Shown here: piece by piece, positions 51,661 through 64,000 of the stretch
Layout: each line of letters starts with the position of its first letter
Position numbering within the stretch: position 1 is the first letter of the stretch
Translations under genes and position numbers: made by a program
The notes under the pieces: model-generated
What the model saw: the letters and a program-made list of their open reading frames with translations, nothing else
What the model was told of the DNA's origin: nothing
Database searches by the model: none
NCBI RefSeq assembly: GCF_001194135.2
Contig: NC_068984.1
Location: 65,009,013 to 65,073,012 of the forward strand
Direction of reading: 5' to 3'
DNA: 64,000 bases
Origin: Octopus bimaculoides
Taxonomy: Eukaryota

Positions 51661-53239
51661 GGATATGAGACACTTGAAGGTTTATTCATTCTTGATATTA
51701 TTATTTATCAAATGTATTGTTTTGTTAAATAGAAATAGCAAACTTCACTGAAGTTTCAAATATCTTAAAATACACATAAAAATGGATAAGTAGGGTTTGA
51801 ACATGTCAGGCATGATGAAATTAACATTGAAATTAAATCAAATATCTATTTCTTAAGGAATACCAATTGAAAAAGAAGAAAATGATTTTGTTGTTATCTT
51901 CTAAGGTTATTTTTGCATCATTTCTTAAGTGACTGATTGTTTCTAAATTAGAGGTCATCAATTTAGAAAAACAGCTATTTTAAAAAGAATAGCAAAGAAA
52001 GAGAAATTAAAATATTGCTTAAAGTAATAAGATATATATGTATTAAAGTACTGCTGTAAACATAGACAAGAGAGCCTGAGACTAACATACCTAAAAGATA
52101 GTGTGAAAACAAACAAACAATGAAACAAAATTAATGTAAAAGAAAATAATATCGAAGGAACCCATCTCATCTCACCAAGAATGAAAGTTGTAAGAGTGAT
52201 AAATTCTTAGTTTCAAGAAGCATCTCACCAAAAAATATTTAAAAAACCAGAAACATATTTGAAGCATCATGTTGTTGCATCTCTTGTCATGCTACTTTTA
52301 TTTTTAATTTTCAAGATGGAACTGAACTGGATTAACCAAAATAAATAAATAAATAAAATCTTAATCACATTTGGATTTGTAATACTTTCCTTCTCACTTT
52401 TATTTATTATTTTTTAAAATTTAATTTTCTCAGAAATGTGTTAGATCAGCAACTTAAGATTTTTGTATATTCTTCAGAAACATGTTTTATAGTAAGAGTG
52501 TTTTTACCAATTCACAATAAAGAATCAACTTAATACGTCTAGCATATCAATGACATTAACTATTCCAGCAGAGTATTGTGCTGAAAAACACAATGCAGTG
52601 ACTATGCTATGGCATATTCATTTATATATTTTTGTAATTCATTCAACTCACAGCTTAAACAGAGCATGTCTAGAATGTTGTTTGTGCTGTGATAGCTGTG
52701 AAATATTGTGTGATATTGTTCTTTGAATCTAATTTGAGTAAAATTCTTTTACTACAGATTTTTGTATGCCATGTACCTTTGAAAATAGCTTTACATTGTA
52801 TGTATGGTATCTCATAGATTATTCCATCTTTCACAGTATCAGGCAATTGAATTGTGAGACATTTTCCTCTCAGGAGACAAATGCTGATTTTGTTTTGGGG
52901 AAAATTCCAAATTGTTACAGCAGCCTAACAAAATACTGCAACAAACAGTAAGTTATACCTACTGACTATATCTTATATACTTATAGATATAAAGCAATAT
53001 TAACACTTAACAGTGAATCATGAACACAGCACAATGCAAATGATGGGATATAAACCATATACCTTTGGACGACAGTAAATTTTAAATTTCCAGTGAGAAA
53101 CTGATTTTCATAAGGCAAGGAGAGAAACATGACACTAATGACAATAGCTTTCAAGAACAAAAAAAAAACTTTTAGAAAACATGTTTAACAGCTAAATTAC
53201 TGTAATTTTCTCAATAAACAGAAGTTAATCATAATATTA

Positions 53240-53580
53240 TTACAGTTCCAAGCTCAGTCCCACCATGTGGCACCTTGAGCAAGCATCTTCTGCTATAGCC
53301 CAAGGTGAACCAAAACCTTGTGAATGGATTTGGTAAGAGACAGTCTGAAAGGAACCTGTCGTATGTGTGTGTCCATAAGAGAGAGAATCCCATCACAGCT
53401 TGACAACTGATGTTGGTTTGTTTGCATCTTTGTACCTTAGCACTTCAGCAAAAGTGACCAATCGAATAAGTACCAGGCTTTAAAAAATAAGTACTGGGGT
53501 CAATTTGTTCAACTAAAATCCTTTAACATGGTACAACAACATGCTCACAGTCAAATGAATGAAACAAGTAAAAGACAAAA
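53240..53580 (+). mobile_element. Family A SINE, 5'-truncated
   Basis: ctcagtccc..gtggcaccttgagcaagcatcttctgctatagcc..aataagtactggggtc..cagtcaaatgaatgaaacaagtaaaaga. Confidence 0.85.
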
Positions 53581-53917
53581 GATATTTGTATTTATCTTAA
53601 TAAAATCCCTTGAAATATTCTCTAAAATTATACTAATTCTACACCTCTTCAAAAAGAATTTAAAAAATCAGCAGAATGATAACGTGAACAAATATGCACA
53701 TTTTCCAAATGTTAGATAATTAAAATTGTTTTATTTGAGTGTGGTACTTATTTAGTAGGGAAAATATCCAAGCTCACATGTAACTGAAACAATTGCTGAA
53801 TGGAAGAGTCAGAATAACATTCTGAACACATAAAATGTTACATTTATGTCTTGTTTATTATGCAATAGTATTATAATGTAAGATAACATATATACCAACA
53901 TATATATATATATATAT

Positions 53918-54166
53918 NNNNNNNNNNNNNNNNNNNNNNNNNNNNNNNNNNNNNNNNNNNNNNNNNNNNNNNNNNNNNNNNNNNNNNNNNNNNNNNNNNN
54001 NNNNNNNNNNNNNNNNNNNNNNNNNNNNNNNNNNNNNNNNNNNNNNNNNNNNNNNNNNNNNNNNNNNNNNNNNNNNNNNNNNNNNNNNNNNNNNNNNNNN
54101 NNNNNNNNNNNNNNNNNNNNNNNNNNNNNNNNNNNNNNNNNNNNNNNNNNNNNNNNNNNNNNNNNN
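53918..54166. other. Assembly gap (249 N) after (TA)n
   Basis: N run. Confidence 1.
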
Positions 54167-54328
54167 TATGAAATCTTTTATGAGTATGTTACTAACCTTT
54201 TTGGGAAGAAGTTGTTTCCTAGTGTGTGAGTGGTTTCATTATGTATATATAAATAATGTGCTGAACCATGATAGAAAATTCAACAAAAAAGGTACTCTAT
54301 CCAGTGAGAGATAAATATTATTATTTAA

Positions 54329-54458
54329 AGGTCACAATACATGTATTAAAGCACTACTAATAGTTTTATATAATATGTGGTTTGTGTCTGAAGAATATGT
54401 TTGAGTTTTCTCAACATATGAAACTTTTAGTAGCACTTTAATACATGTATTGTGACCT
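54329..54458. mobile_element. Kolobok-like MITE (130 bp), TTAA-flanked with AG...CT ends
   Basis: ttaa|aggtcacaatacatgtattaaag ... ctttaatacatgtattgtgacct|ttaa. Including flanks, the arms 54321-54366 and 54421-54466 match at 43/46. Confidence 0.7.
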
Positions 54459-54468
54459 TTAAATAAAT

Positions 54469-54500
<32 letters not shown>

Positions 54501-54664
54501 GGTTCGTAGGTCAGCTGTAGTTTTATAGGCATAAGAGAATATATTCTCCACATTTATATATATATATATATATATTACATAATTTGTTTATACACACAGT
54601 CAAAAAGCTTTTGCAAAGTTTCAATCTACTTCATTTAAATGTCCTCAAAAGATATTGGTTCTAG

Positions 54665-54765
54665 AGAATGCTAGAAGACATATGCTGATAATGATGTGCA
54701 ACAATACTGAATCCACAACCATGTGGTGGAAAAAATGAACTTTTTAATTACACAGCCATGCCTGA
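54665..54765 (-). mobile_element. Family A SINE head, minus orientation, decayed
   Basis: gctagaagacat..ctgaatccacaaccatgtgg..ttaattacacagccatgcctg is the reverse complement of the head. Confidence 0.5.
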
Positions 54766-56303
54766 ACACAATTAAGCTAACTAACTATCTTACAAAATAG
54801 CTACTATAACTCACATAGTTCTAATCAATAAATAAATTTTTTAAAAATATAAACTTATTTCTCAATGATACATATTTGTTTATTTTTCATCACAATTCTA
54901 AACGTAATATTTCATCACTACATCATTTTTTACGTAAATGTTAAATCCATATATCTAATATGTATATTAAATAATACACCAAAATATTTCATAAGATTAA
55001 TACACCTCGGTGTTTTAGAGGATCTTTCATATTCCTTCCCTATAACTATAATAATATGAAATGGTAAAATACTGTCGAAACAAGACTATAGCATTTTATA
55101 CATTAAAGCATCTCAACTCAATAACACAGAGCAAAACTTGGTGTAATTATGCTGGTAAAATTAAAAATTAGTTTTCACATGTAAAGTATTAATAACAATA
55201 TAAGAGACTTCTACCAAAATAATCTGTACATATTAACAATTTGCAGTTTATAGTATTATGTACTAAAAAGACAGTATTATTGTGTTCTGTAAAATACTGC
55301 ATGGGTTCAACATTGGAGCTAGGTCAAAGCAAGTGAAGACCATAATTATGTTGCTAGCATGCCAGAATAGAGCAATACAAATACTTAGAAAATTGGGAAA
55401 TTAATCTACATGATAGATCTATTGTTTCTTAAAATATCTCTAAATAATTTTCGCAGTTAGTTACCTGGCTAACAGTGCTAAATGAAATAAACAGCTGCCT
55501 TCTCACAAATGAAATTTGTTTAATCAACAAATATGTGTGAAAAAAAATTAAGAATCAAAACAAAATATTGTCACAGATCATAAATGAATCAGAATATGAA
55601 TTAACTCACCCTATAAGAAACATTATGGAAATGTTTGCATTGACTTACTATCAGGAATAGGCAATTTAAGAGTCATGAAAATGAAGATATAGAATCTAAA
55701 GCACATACCAGTTAACATCTTACTAAGAAATCTCCCATCAAAGTATATCTTTCATGGAAAACAGTGATGTATAAAATATAATTGCAATATTAATAGAAGG
55801 CTAGACTACTAAAGGGTAATAACAAATAAATTAAATAAAATGGTAAAGGTGAGAGTGATGAATAATTTTGAATGTTTTAAGTCTATTTCTATTCAGTCTC
55901 TAAAATATTTTACAAGTATATCTGGTAAATTAATTTGAAAAGAAATCTGCTCACATCTTTATAACAAATGAGAACTTCTAAGCAATTAAAATCATTTCAT
56001 TTGCATAAGTTGTTTAATATTCAATCTAAAACATTTTAATAATATCCTTACTTTTCTTAGTTTTAAACTTCCTTCTTTTGAAGCCTCTTTTGATTTTTTT
56101 CAATAAATATTTCTATGTGTCAGTTGCTTCAAATGTCAAGTATATTATTTGAAAATGTCAGCAATTCATTTTAAGAAAAAAATCTAAGCTAATAACAATA
56201 TAGTAGTATCTAAATATATTCCAAGATTCTTGACATATTAATTAAATTCTAAAATTCACAGAAACTGCTAAGTTAACAGTAATGAAAATTCTTTTTATTA
56301 TTA

Positions 56304-56305
56304 TC

Positions 56306-56341
<36 letters not shown>

Positions 56342-56358
56342 TATTATTATTATTATTA
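56304..56358. repeat. (AAT)n directly abutting (ATT)n (self-complementary trinucleotide pair)
   Basis: Directly visible. Confidence 0.9.
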
Positions 56359-58740
56359 TAAAGATGATGGTCATGGAGGTGCCGGTCGTGATAAAAAGAA
56401 TAAAGAACTCTCCCTATTGTAATGAAGGTGGTGTTTATGATGATGGTAGTGTTAATAATTATGCTTATTATAGTAACTAAGTAAATAATAAAAGTTAAGT
56501 CATAAACAATATAAAAGTGTTCCAATATTATGTCTCCATATAAATTGCATTCAAATTGACTTCTATTTGAATATAAGAATGACAGAAATCAATATTTTCA
56601 TTGTCCAAGATTTCTTCATAAATAGACCACTTTCTGAAATTGTCATTTGTTTCATTTCAAGGGAAATTTAAACAAAAGCTGTATCATATTAGAATTAGAA
56701 ATAATATCTAAAAATACTCACTTCATCTACAATTATTTAGCTGAGGAATTGTTATGAATATTGATGCTTAACTAACCAAATATTCAAGTGCCTGCCAAAA
56801 TTGTTTGATAGAATTACTGGAAAGAAATATTAGTTATCAAACATCCAATTTTGAATTTCTTATAAATGATTAGCTAGGACGGAAAATACCACTTTACCAC
56901 AGAAAATACATGTTGTTAATATTACTAAAAAAAAATTAATATCCAAATAGTGTAATAATATTTTACACAGACATAATATAGATATATTTGCATAATCACT
57001 CACTATGGTTAATTGAATTTTGGTCAACTATCAAATAATCTACTGGGATTTTCTAAGTTCAAACTTATGGTGCAGCAATGGTAAGCAGTCAAATGAAGGC
57101 TTTTCTTTTCCCTAATTCATATTGGATTATTATTATGTTTTTAGAATTTCTGGAGAAAGGAAATTAATATAGAGCAAAGAAACTAAAAATATAATAAAAT
57201 AATTAACATTTAAACTAAATTAACAATAAAGGCAATAATGTGAACAATATAATGACATTATTCAAAATAATATGAAAATAATTCATCTTAAAAAAAAATC
57301 AACTCTTATTTTCAGACATTAATGTAGACATTTGAATATGTTCTAGTTTTATTTTATTCTTTTTATGTTGAATAAACTCACACAAATCACATTTCTTAGA
57401 CATTTAAACTGTAACAAGTAGTAAAGAGGTAATTTATTCAAGGGCTTGTTTCAAAAACATTTGCTTAGGAAAAAGACATTTAAAAATCTAACATTTTGAT
57501 AATTTTTTTAAAAGTAAAATGGTATCTGTGAAAAAAAAAAAAACATCCAAGCATTAGACTAAACTGTTATTTATGGTATTTAGAATATTGCCAAAACTTT
57601 TTGCATAGATTTTTGCAGTTCAATACACTAGAGCTAACAAGACAAAAAACATGGATATATTGTCATCAGATAAATTGACTTCAGTTTCTACATTTACATA
57701 TGTACATTTCATACATGAAGACCACTATAAATAATGTTCATGTGACAAACATAAATGACTTATTGTTCTGAAAGCTCACTAATACTCAGCATGATCTGAA
57801 ACTATTCCTCCATACAGTTTTGTTCATATTTGAGTTTCTTATCTTTGATATTAGTTGGTGTTGAAACAGAGCCTTGATCTGGTTTAAGATATACTATAAC
57901 ATATACAAGTGTGCTAAATAGGCACATATATTTATAAACTCATTCCTTCATACAAATGCAGTAAAAGGTTAGTGTAAAAACAATTGTTCTATTGAATTGT
58001 AAACTTTTATTATTTTCATTTTTTATTGTCATATTCTCCTTTAATGCTTTTCAGCCATTATTCGGTATTTATTTTATTGGATGGAATGATGTCTTTTCAA
58101 GGTGATATATTTTTGCTATAGTTAGATGCTCTTCCTTCAACTAAACACTGAATTACATGATATAGGAATGTAATATGTGTTTTGTCAGTTACAGATAACA
58201 TAGTAATTGATGGCCTAAGATTATGGCCATTGTACCTCAATGATTATAATTAGTATCGTTATGATACTCATGATTGTTATCATCCCTGTTGTGGCCATCA
58301 CCATCACAGCAGTGAAAGTAGTAAGAGTAGTGATAAAGATAAAACAGTTATTATAATGAAAACAAGGATAAAGACAATGTAGATATTAGATTCCATGAAA
58401 GAGGTGCTTGTAATTTTATTCACAAGTAAACATGTCTCAAATGCACAATGTCATACTAAAAATCACTAATATATTTCCAACATAATTTCAGCTTAAACAC
58501 CTGGACAACAGAAAACTATTCAACCCCACTGTTCTTTTACCATGAACAACAAAAAAACTAGAGGCCTTTATACTTCCATAAACACTGAACAATCTCAAAT
58601 AACATATATTCATAGCAAACACACAACAGATACAATCCTCAAGAATATGCTTCCTGTCATCTCAGTACTCAATTAAGCTAGGATTTTAACCTCGTATTTA
58701 CTCAGCCATCATAACTTAATTTAATATTGTTTTCAATCAT

Positions 58741-58955
58741 GGGCAATAGTGCTGGCAGAATTATTATTATGTTGGATAAAATGCTTAATAATGTTTCTTC
58801 CAGCTCTTTACGTTCTGAGATCAAATGATTATAATAGACTATGTCTTTCATCCTTTCAGGGATGATAAAATAACTACCAGTTGAACACTGGTGTCAATGT
58901 AATCAACTAGCATCCTCTCCTCAAATTTCAGACTTTGTGCCAATAGTAGAAAGGA
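58741..58955 (+). mobile_element. Family D SINE
   Basis: gctggcagaatt..ttacgttctgagatcaaat..tttcatcctttcagg..taccagttgaacactgg..ctttgtgccaatagtagaaagg. Confidence 0.8.
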
Positions 58956-59459
58956 AAAATATTGTTTTTATACAATTATAATGTCTCAGAGATAATGAGA
59001 AGTCTGGGATTTGATGCCTTCTCTGAAGGAAGGCATTTTAGATGCTATTCTGAAAACACAGCATCTAAAATTGAAGCAGTTATAAGAATCCAAGTAAATT
59101 ATTAATTCTCTTCCATGGTAACTTACTGTAACACTATTTTACAATCAGAAACAAAGATAACAATAATACCAATAATTTTTTGATGGGGAAAAATTTAACT
59201 TGCTGTGAGATTCTTTGCGTAATGAAAATATTATATATATAAACTTGTAAATAGAAACACAAATAATTCAGTCATGACCTATTTTTTCTCCGGAAAAAAT
59301 ATTTGAAAGAAAAACAAAACCCAAAAAATGAAGTTTAGTAAAATAATTGCATTACTTCCAACAAAGATACACTAAAATATTATTTATTAAAAATAACTTC
59401 AATAACATTCCTATTTTTCAAAGCTTAGGTATAGTTACATATATATATGGAGAGTGATG

Positions 59460-59504
<45 letters not shown>

Positions 59505-59748
59505 NNNNNNNNNNNNNNNNNNNNNNNNNNNNNNNNNNNNNNNNNNNNNNNNNNNNNNNNNNNNNNNNNNNNNNNNNNNNNNNNNNNNNNNNNNNNNNNN
59601 NNNNNNNNNNNNNNNNNNNNNNNNNNNNNNNNNNNNNNNNNNNNNNNNNNNNNNNNNNNNNNNNNNNNNNNNNNNNNNNNNNNNNNNNNNNNNNNNNNNN
59701 NNNNNNNNNNNNNNNNNNNNNNNNNNNNNNNNNNNNNNNNNNNNNNNN
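59505..59748. other. Assembly gap (244 N) inside (TA)n
   Basis: N run. Confidence 1.
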
Positions 59749-60129
59749 ATATATATATATATATATACATACAGCAATGTAAAAAGATGACTTGCACTGA
59801 GGGAAGGTGGGATACATAGATGAATACACAGACAGATTGATAGATAGACTCAGTGAAAATGTTTATTTGCAGAAATGCCTTTGAAACACTAAAAACTACA
59901 CACATTTTCTATATGATGGATTATCTATTTACTAATCCTTTATGATAAACAATGTAAAATATATATTTTAAAACTGATTCAACTTTTCACATTAATTCAG
60001 CAAAATAAAAAAAATGACATTCAGAGACTTCACTATAAATTCAACAATATGTAGAATTCCTAATACTTTATGTTAATGCTCTTAATAATGAAATATAAGG
60101 ATATTGAACCATAAAGGTTTAAATAAGTA

Positions 60130-61330
60130 ATAATGATTACTATGGTAACACAAAAGAAATCATCATGCCCACAAGATCTGGATTACATGATAAATTAGAG
60201 GAGAAAAACTAGGACTACCAAAAGAAATTCTAGAATTATTGCATGATGATGATGATTACTTATTTAATATTGATATAGTGAATGAAACTGTAGAAAACTG
60301 TTATGAAGGTTGAATGAGCTATTACATCTGTGTACTCATAAATGAGGGATTAAGGAAGATGGGTAAAAGTGACCAAAAATATAAAGAAATGAAAACAGGA
60401 AATTGTACAAACAGAATAAAGAGAGATATAGTTAAAGGGGTCAAGATGAGAAAACTTCAAAAGGGGAAAAGAGAAGAGAAGCTGAATGGGACTAGTAACA
60501 ATGGATATGAAAGTGTTAAACTAGAATAAAATATTTGGATAAAGACATCTAAATAAAAGGATGCAGTAAAAAGACCCCTGAAAAGTGGTCATTAAACAAT
60601 GTTATTTAAATAGAGGATTACTCCAGGGTGTTAAATAAACTGAATAGTTACAATATCTCTGTATATAAACATAGGAAACAAAATGAAAAATCATTGTCTT
60701 CCTTGATCATCTATTTGCATATTTGTGCTTATTTGTCTATGTGTTCTATCTTTCTTTCAAAATAAACATTTAATCAGTACTGTTCAGTTGATAAGCTCAA
60801 CAAATGTTATACTCTCTATAGTGCAAAATCAGTTGCTTTTTTTATTTTTAAATAAAAACTTGACATTATTTGGTAGCTCCAATCAAGACCTCAGAAAAAT
60901 CTCATCATGGTCTATTTATTCTGTCATGACAGTAATATAAAATTGGTATTCAGAAATGTGCAGAGGATACTGCACAAGCAGAAGGATCATCTGACAATTC
61001 ACTCAACTCAGAAAATATAACTCTTGTGAAATTGAAAAAGTATGTCTGCTTATATCTAAGAATGAAAGAGAAGAGTTATTCAACATGAATAACAGAAGAA
61101 ACAGTTAGAAAAATAAAATCCACTAAACAATACAAAAGCAACTGGCAATTTTGGAATCATACTGCTGCTCTGCAAGTATAGCATAATAGAATGAACATAA
61201 AAGGCATCTCTCTGGTATATCTAAAGAAACTGTTTACCACTCATGGAGTGAATTATCCAAAACTAAATGTCAACAAGTTGTAAAACTAGGTTTAAAGGAA
61301 TAAGATAACTTATATAGATAAACATAAAAA
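60130..61330 (+). mobile_element. Old R4/Dong-like LINE RT region remnant
   Basis: In order: IKQCYLNRGLLQG (60591-60629, motif B), DHLF, GIQKCA, RKIKST and KLFTTHGVNYPKLNVNKL (from 61227; cf. KLLTMHGA.HPKSDVDRL). Confidence 0.6.
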
Positions 61331-61571
61331 TCTGAATATCACTTTTAATAATATAGTCAAACTAAACTCTAATTTAGAACTTGAATACCATGTGTCATCT
61401 TGTAACAAATCTGTCCAGTCTAAAATTCTTACACACTGTAAAATAGTACAGTTGAACAACAATGACGTCCATGATGATGACAACAATCACAACAACAATA
61501 ATAGATAAGTTTAGGAAAATGAACAGCCACCAAGAAAAAAAGAAACAGAGAGCATATTAGCAAAACATATA

Positions 61572-61803
61572 TTGACCCTTTGCTGAAGATTTATTCTTTT
61601 TGTATTTCTTTTTTACAGTGGCTTTTTGAGTTGAAAATTTGTCAGTATTGAAATGAGATTTTAATTCAAAATAAGGAAGTGAATAGAGTTGTGAGCTACA
61701 GTATGATATTTTCCATGTTCTCTTATGTCTTAAAGCAAAAATTAGATTTAAAATTACAGGTTACAATTTTTAGGTAACCCCCGATTTCTCATAAAAAGGT
61801 TAA
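61572..61803. mobile_element. Putative piggyBac-like MITE, decayed
   Basis: ttgacccttt at the left end and aaaaggttaa at the right resemble TTAA-CCCTTT...AAAGGG-TTAA. Confidence 0.35.
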
Positions 61804-63049
61804 TTACAATTTGAATTTGGAATTTTGAATTAACATTTGCATTCATAATATCTTAAACTTTCTTTCACTACTGATTCGGTCTCAAATTTATATATTTCTC
61901 AATTCCAAAACTGTAGAGTTTGAAATAATACTGATATATTACTTTATTTGCTCAATATTAATATTTAATTCTTTAATTTCATTGAATGCTGGTGGACTCC
62001 TCAATTTGTCAATTCTCATCTGGTCTCTTACAATGGTGGTTTTAAATTTCTCAGGTACTAAGTGTTCTTTTGAATCATTAAAATAAGTGACAGTAAAAAA
62101 AAAATCAATAATAAATAGACTTGATTCATTCAAATATGTCCTGAGTCAAATGCTAATGTGTTCTTTTTTTTTCATTTAGGGTGATAGAAATACCAGACAT
62201 AATATTCTATGACATTTATTCAAATTTCATTGGAGATGACTTAAACTTTGATTGTGATATTCTAAAAAAAATAAGTACCAGTAATACACTGATTTAACCC
62301 TTTAAATTTTACCCATTATCCAATTAACTTAGACCAAGTCAAAATAAAACAATATTCACTAATTTATAAACAATATCCTCTTAAGTGTTTTGCATCACAT
62401 GTTATAAAATTACTGACAGTAATATTTCCATTTTATTTACCAATGTTTGTTGCCAAATAAAGTAACTCCTGAAGGTTTTTTATTTTTATTTTAAAGAAAC
62501 CCACTGAAAATTTTAATGTTCCAATTCTTTTCCTGTTTCAATATTTCCACATTCACTCTATACATAATCAGAAAACAGTATGAAGTTGTTGTAGAAAGAA
62601 AGTTTCTTTTGAGAATGTTGATAAAAACTACAAGTTTAACTAATAAACAGCAGCTGCAGAGTAGAAAGCTAATATAATTGTTGGATTATAAAAATAAACC
62701 TTTCAGTACTCTTTAAGATTATGGCAAAACCTTACCTGAAATATGAAAATAATTTTTTCTTATCATAATTCACTGAAGATAAGATCTTTAAAGACAACAT
62801 GCCACTAAATAAACAAGAAAATAAATATAAGCGAGTCACTAAATTGATTACAACATTAGGAAACCATAGAATGGGATTAAACTTTTCAAACACTGAATTC
62901 ATTTAATGTTCTGAGAGTTATCTAAAAAAAATTATGACAAGCAATGTCAACCTCAACAAGCCTGAATCTTAGTATATTACTTTAGAGTTAATGCAATAAA
63001 CTTTCAAATCAATCTAGTTTTCAGAAGAAAAGGATAAAATTAGTTCAAG

Positions 63050-63720
63050 AAGTTAACAAGAAAGGGGTTTCAATCAAATCGTGATGCAATGAATCATGTG
63101 AAGAATTAGGTGTGTTGTAATGAGAAATCGGTGATGAATGTGGGCCTGTAAATGTTGATGAGAAATAGAAGAAATGCATTAGTGATTTATTTAGAAGAAA
63201 GATGATAAGCAGAAATACAAAGGATAGCTGGGATTTAAAGGCTACAGCTGATATGTACAGGAAAAGTGGTTTTGTGATTGTGATTCAAATGAAACAACAC
63301 TTTTTTGGGTACAAATGCTCTATGTAACAGCTGGAATACACTTATATAAACAAGCACCAAAATCACATAAAACGAAGTGATGAAATTAGTTTACAGTTGT
63401 TAGGTCTGACACCGAGAGATTAATAAGTGATAATATGTAATACTAATAAAAAACCCCATCAAAAACACTCTTTAACTGTTTATGAAACAAGTAATATTGT
63501 TAAGTTAAAGACAACCAAATGATTAAATAACACAAATCTACAACAATTTTTATGATAGTAAAGGTGGTTTGAGGCAAATTGTGGGTACTGGCTCTGAATA
63601 TGGCATCAACTTTTGTCTAAAATGTTAAATTTAGTTACTGAAGGTGATAAGCTAAAAATGCAAAACAACCAATTTTTGACATAGGGGAATTATGAATGGC
63701 ATTAGTTGTTTCAAACCATT
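63050..63720 (+). mobile_element. Decayed pogo/Tigger-like transposase remnant
   Basis: CDSNETTLFWVQML (cf. FN.DETGLFWK.LP) followed by KQAPKSHKTK (cf. K.APGHK..KDR). Many stops. Confidence 0.45.
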
Positions 63721-64000
63721 CTATCAATTTAAAATTACTTACAAAGCTTATATGTTACAACCACCCAGTTGCTATATTATAGTGAAGGAACCAGGTAAGA
63801 AAATTGCAAGGCTAATAATAAAAATGATTGCCTTCACCACCATATAATACAGTGTGATACAAGAAGATATTGTCCAGAGAGAGAGAGAGTACCTAGCATA
63901 CACTAAGATAGAGAAAATATCAACTGACAAGTGTTATTTATTGAGAAAGGGTGTAAGACAGATAAACTCCTTATAAAGAACATCTCATAAACACTGAAAG

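Noticed and set aside
51449-51732. Poly-Ser/Ile/Met ORFs
   Set aside because: Translations of a degenerate (GAT)/(GGT) repeat.

Overview
AT-rich (about 30% GC by eye), microsatellite- and transposon-dense animal DNA with seven N gaps. The repeat families suggest an octopus-like cephalopod (inference). Almost every ORF in the supplied track is spurious (microsatellite, gap-spanning, or antisense to a transposon). The one confident host coding feature is a 214-nt minus-strand exon (33409-33622) encoding half of a CUB domain that resembles SOL-1-like proteins. It is absent from the ORF track because it has no ATG, and it implies the window is largely intron. The rest is mobile DNA: R4/Dong-like RLE LINE 3' ends stacked in (AAT)n tracts, several tRNA-derived SINE families, CR1-like and (GAT)n-tailed LINE ends, a Penelope-like endonuclease remnant, a full-length decayed mariner, and hAT-, Kolobok- and piggyBac-like MITEs. 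The most notable structure is a young 431-bp element (46660-47090) with perfect 96-bp inverted arms around a type I hammerhead-ribozyme-like fold. Also notable is a candidate 28-nt stop-introducing microexon behind a ~174-nt AG-free tract, 1.4 kb downstream of the CUB exon. TE boundaries are approximate unless TIR/TSD positions are stated. All analysis was by eye; no database searches or folding programs were run.
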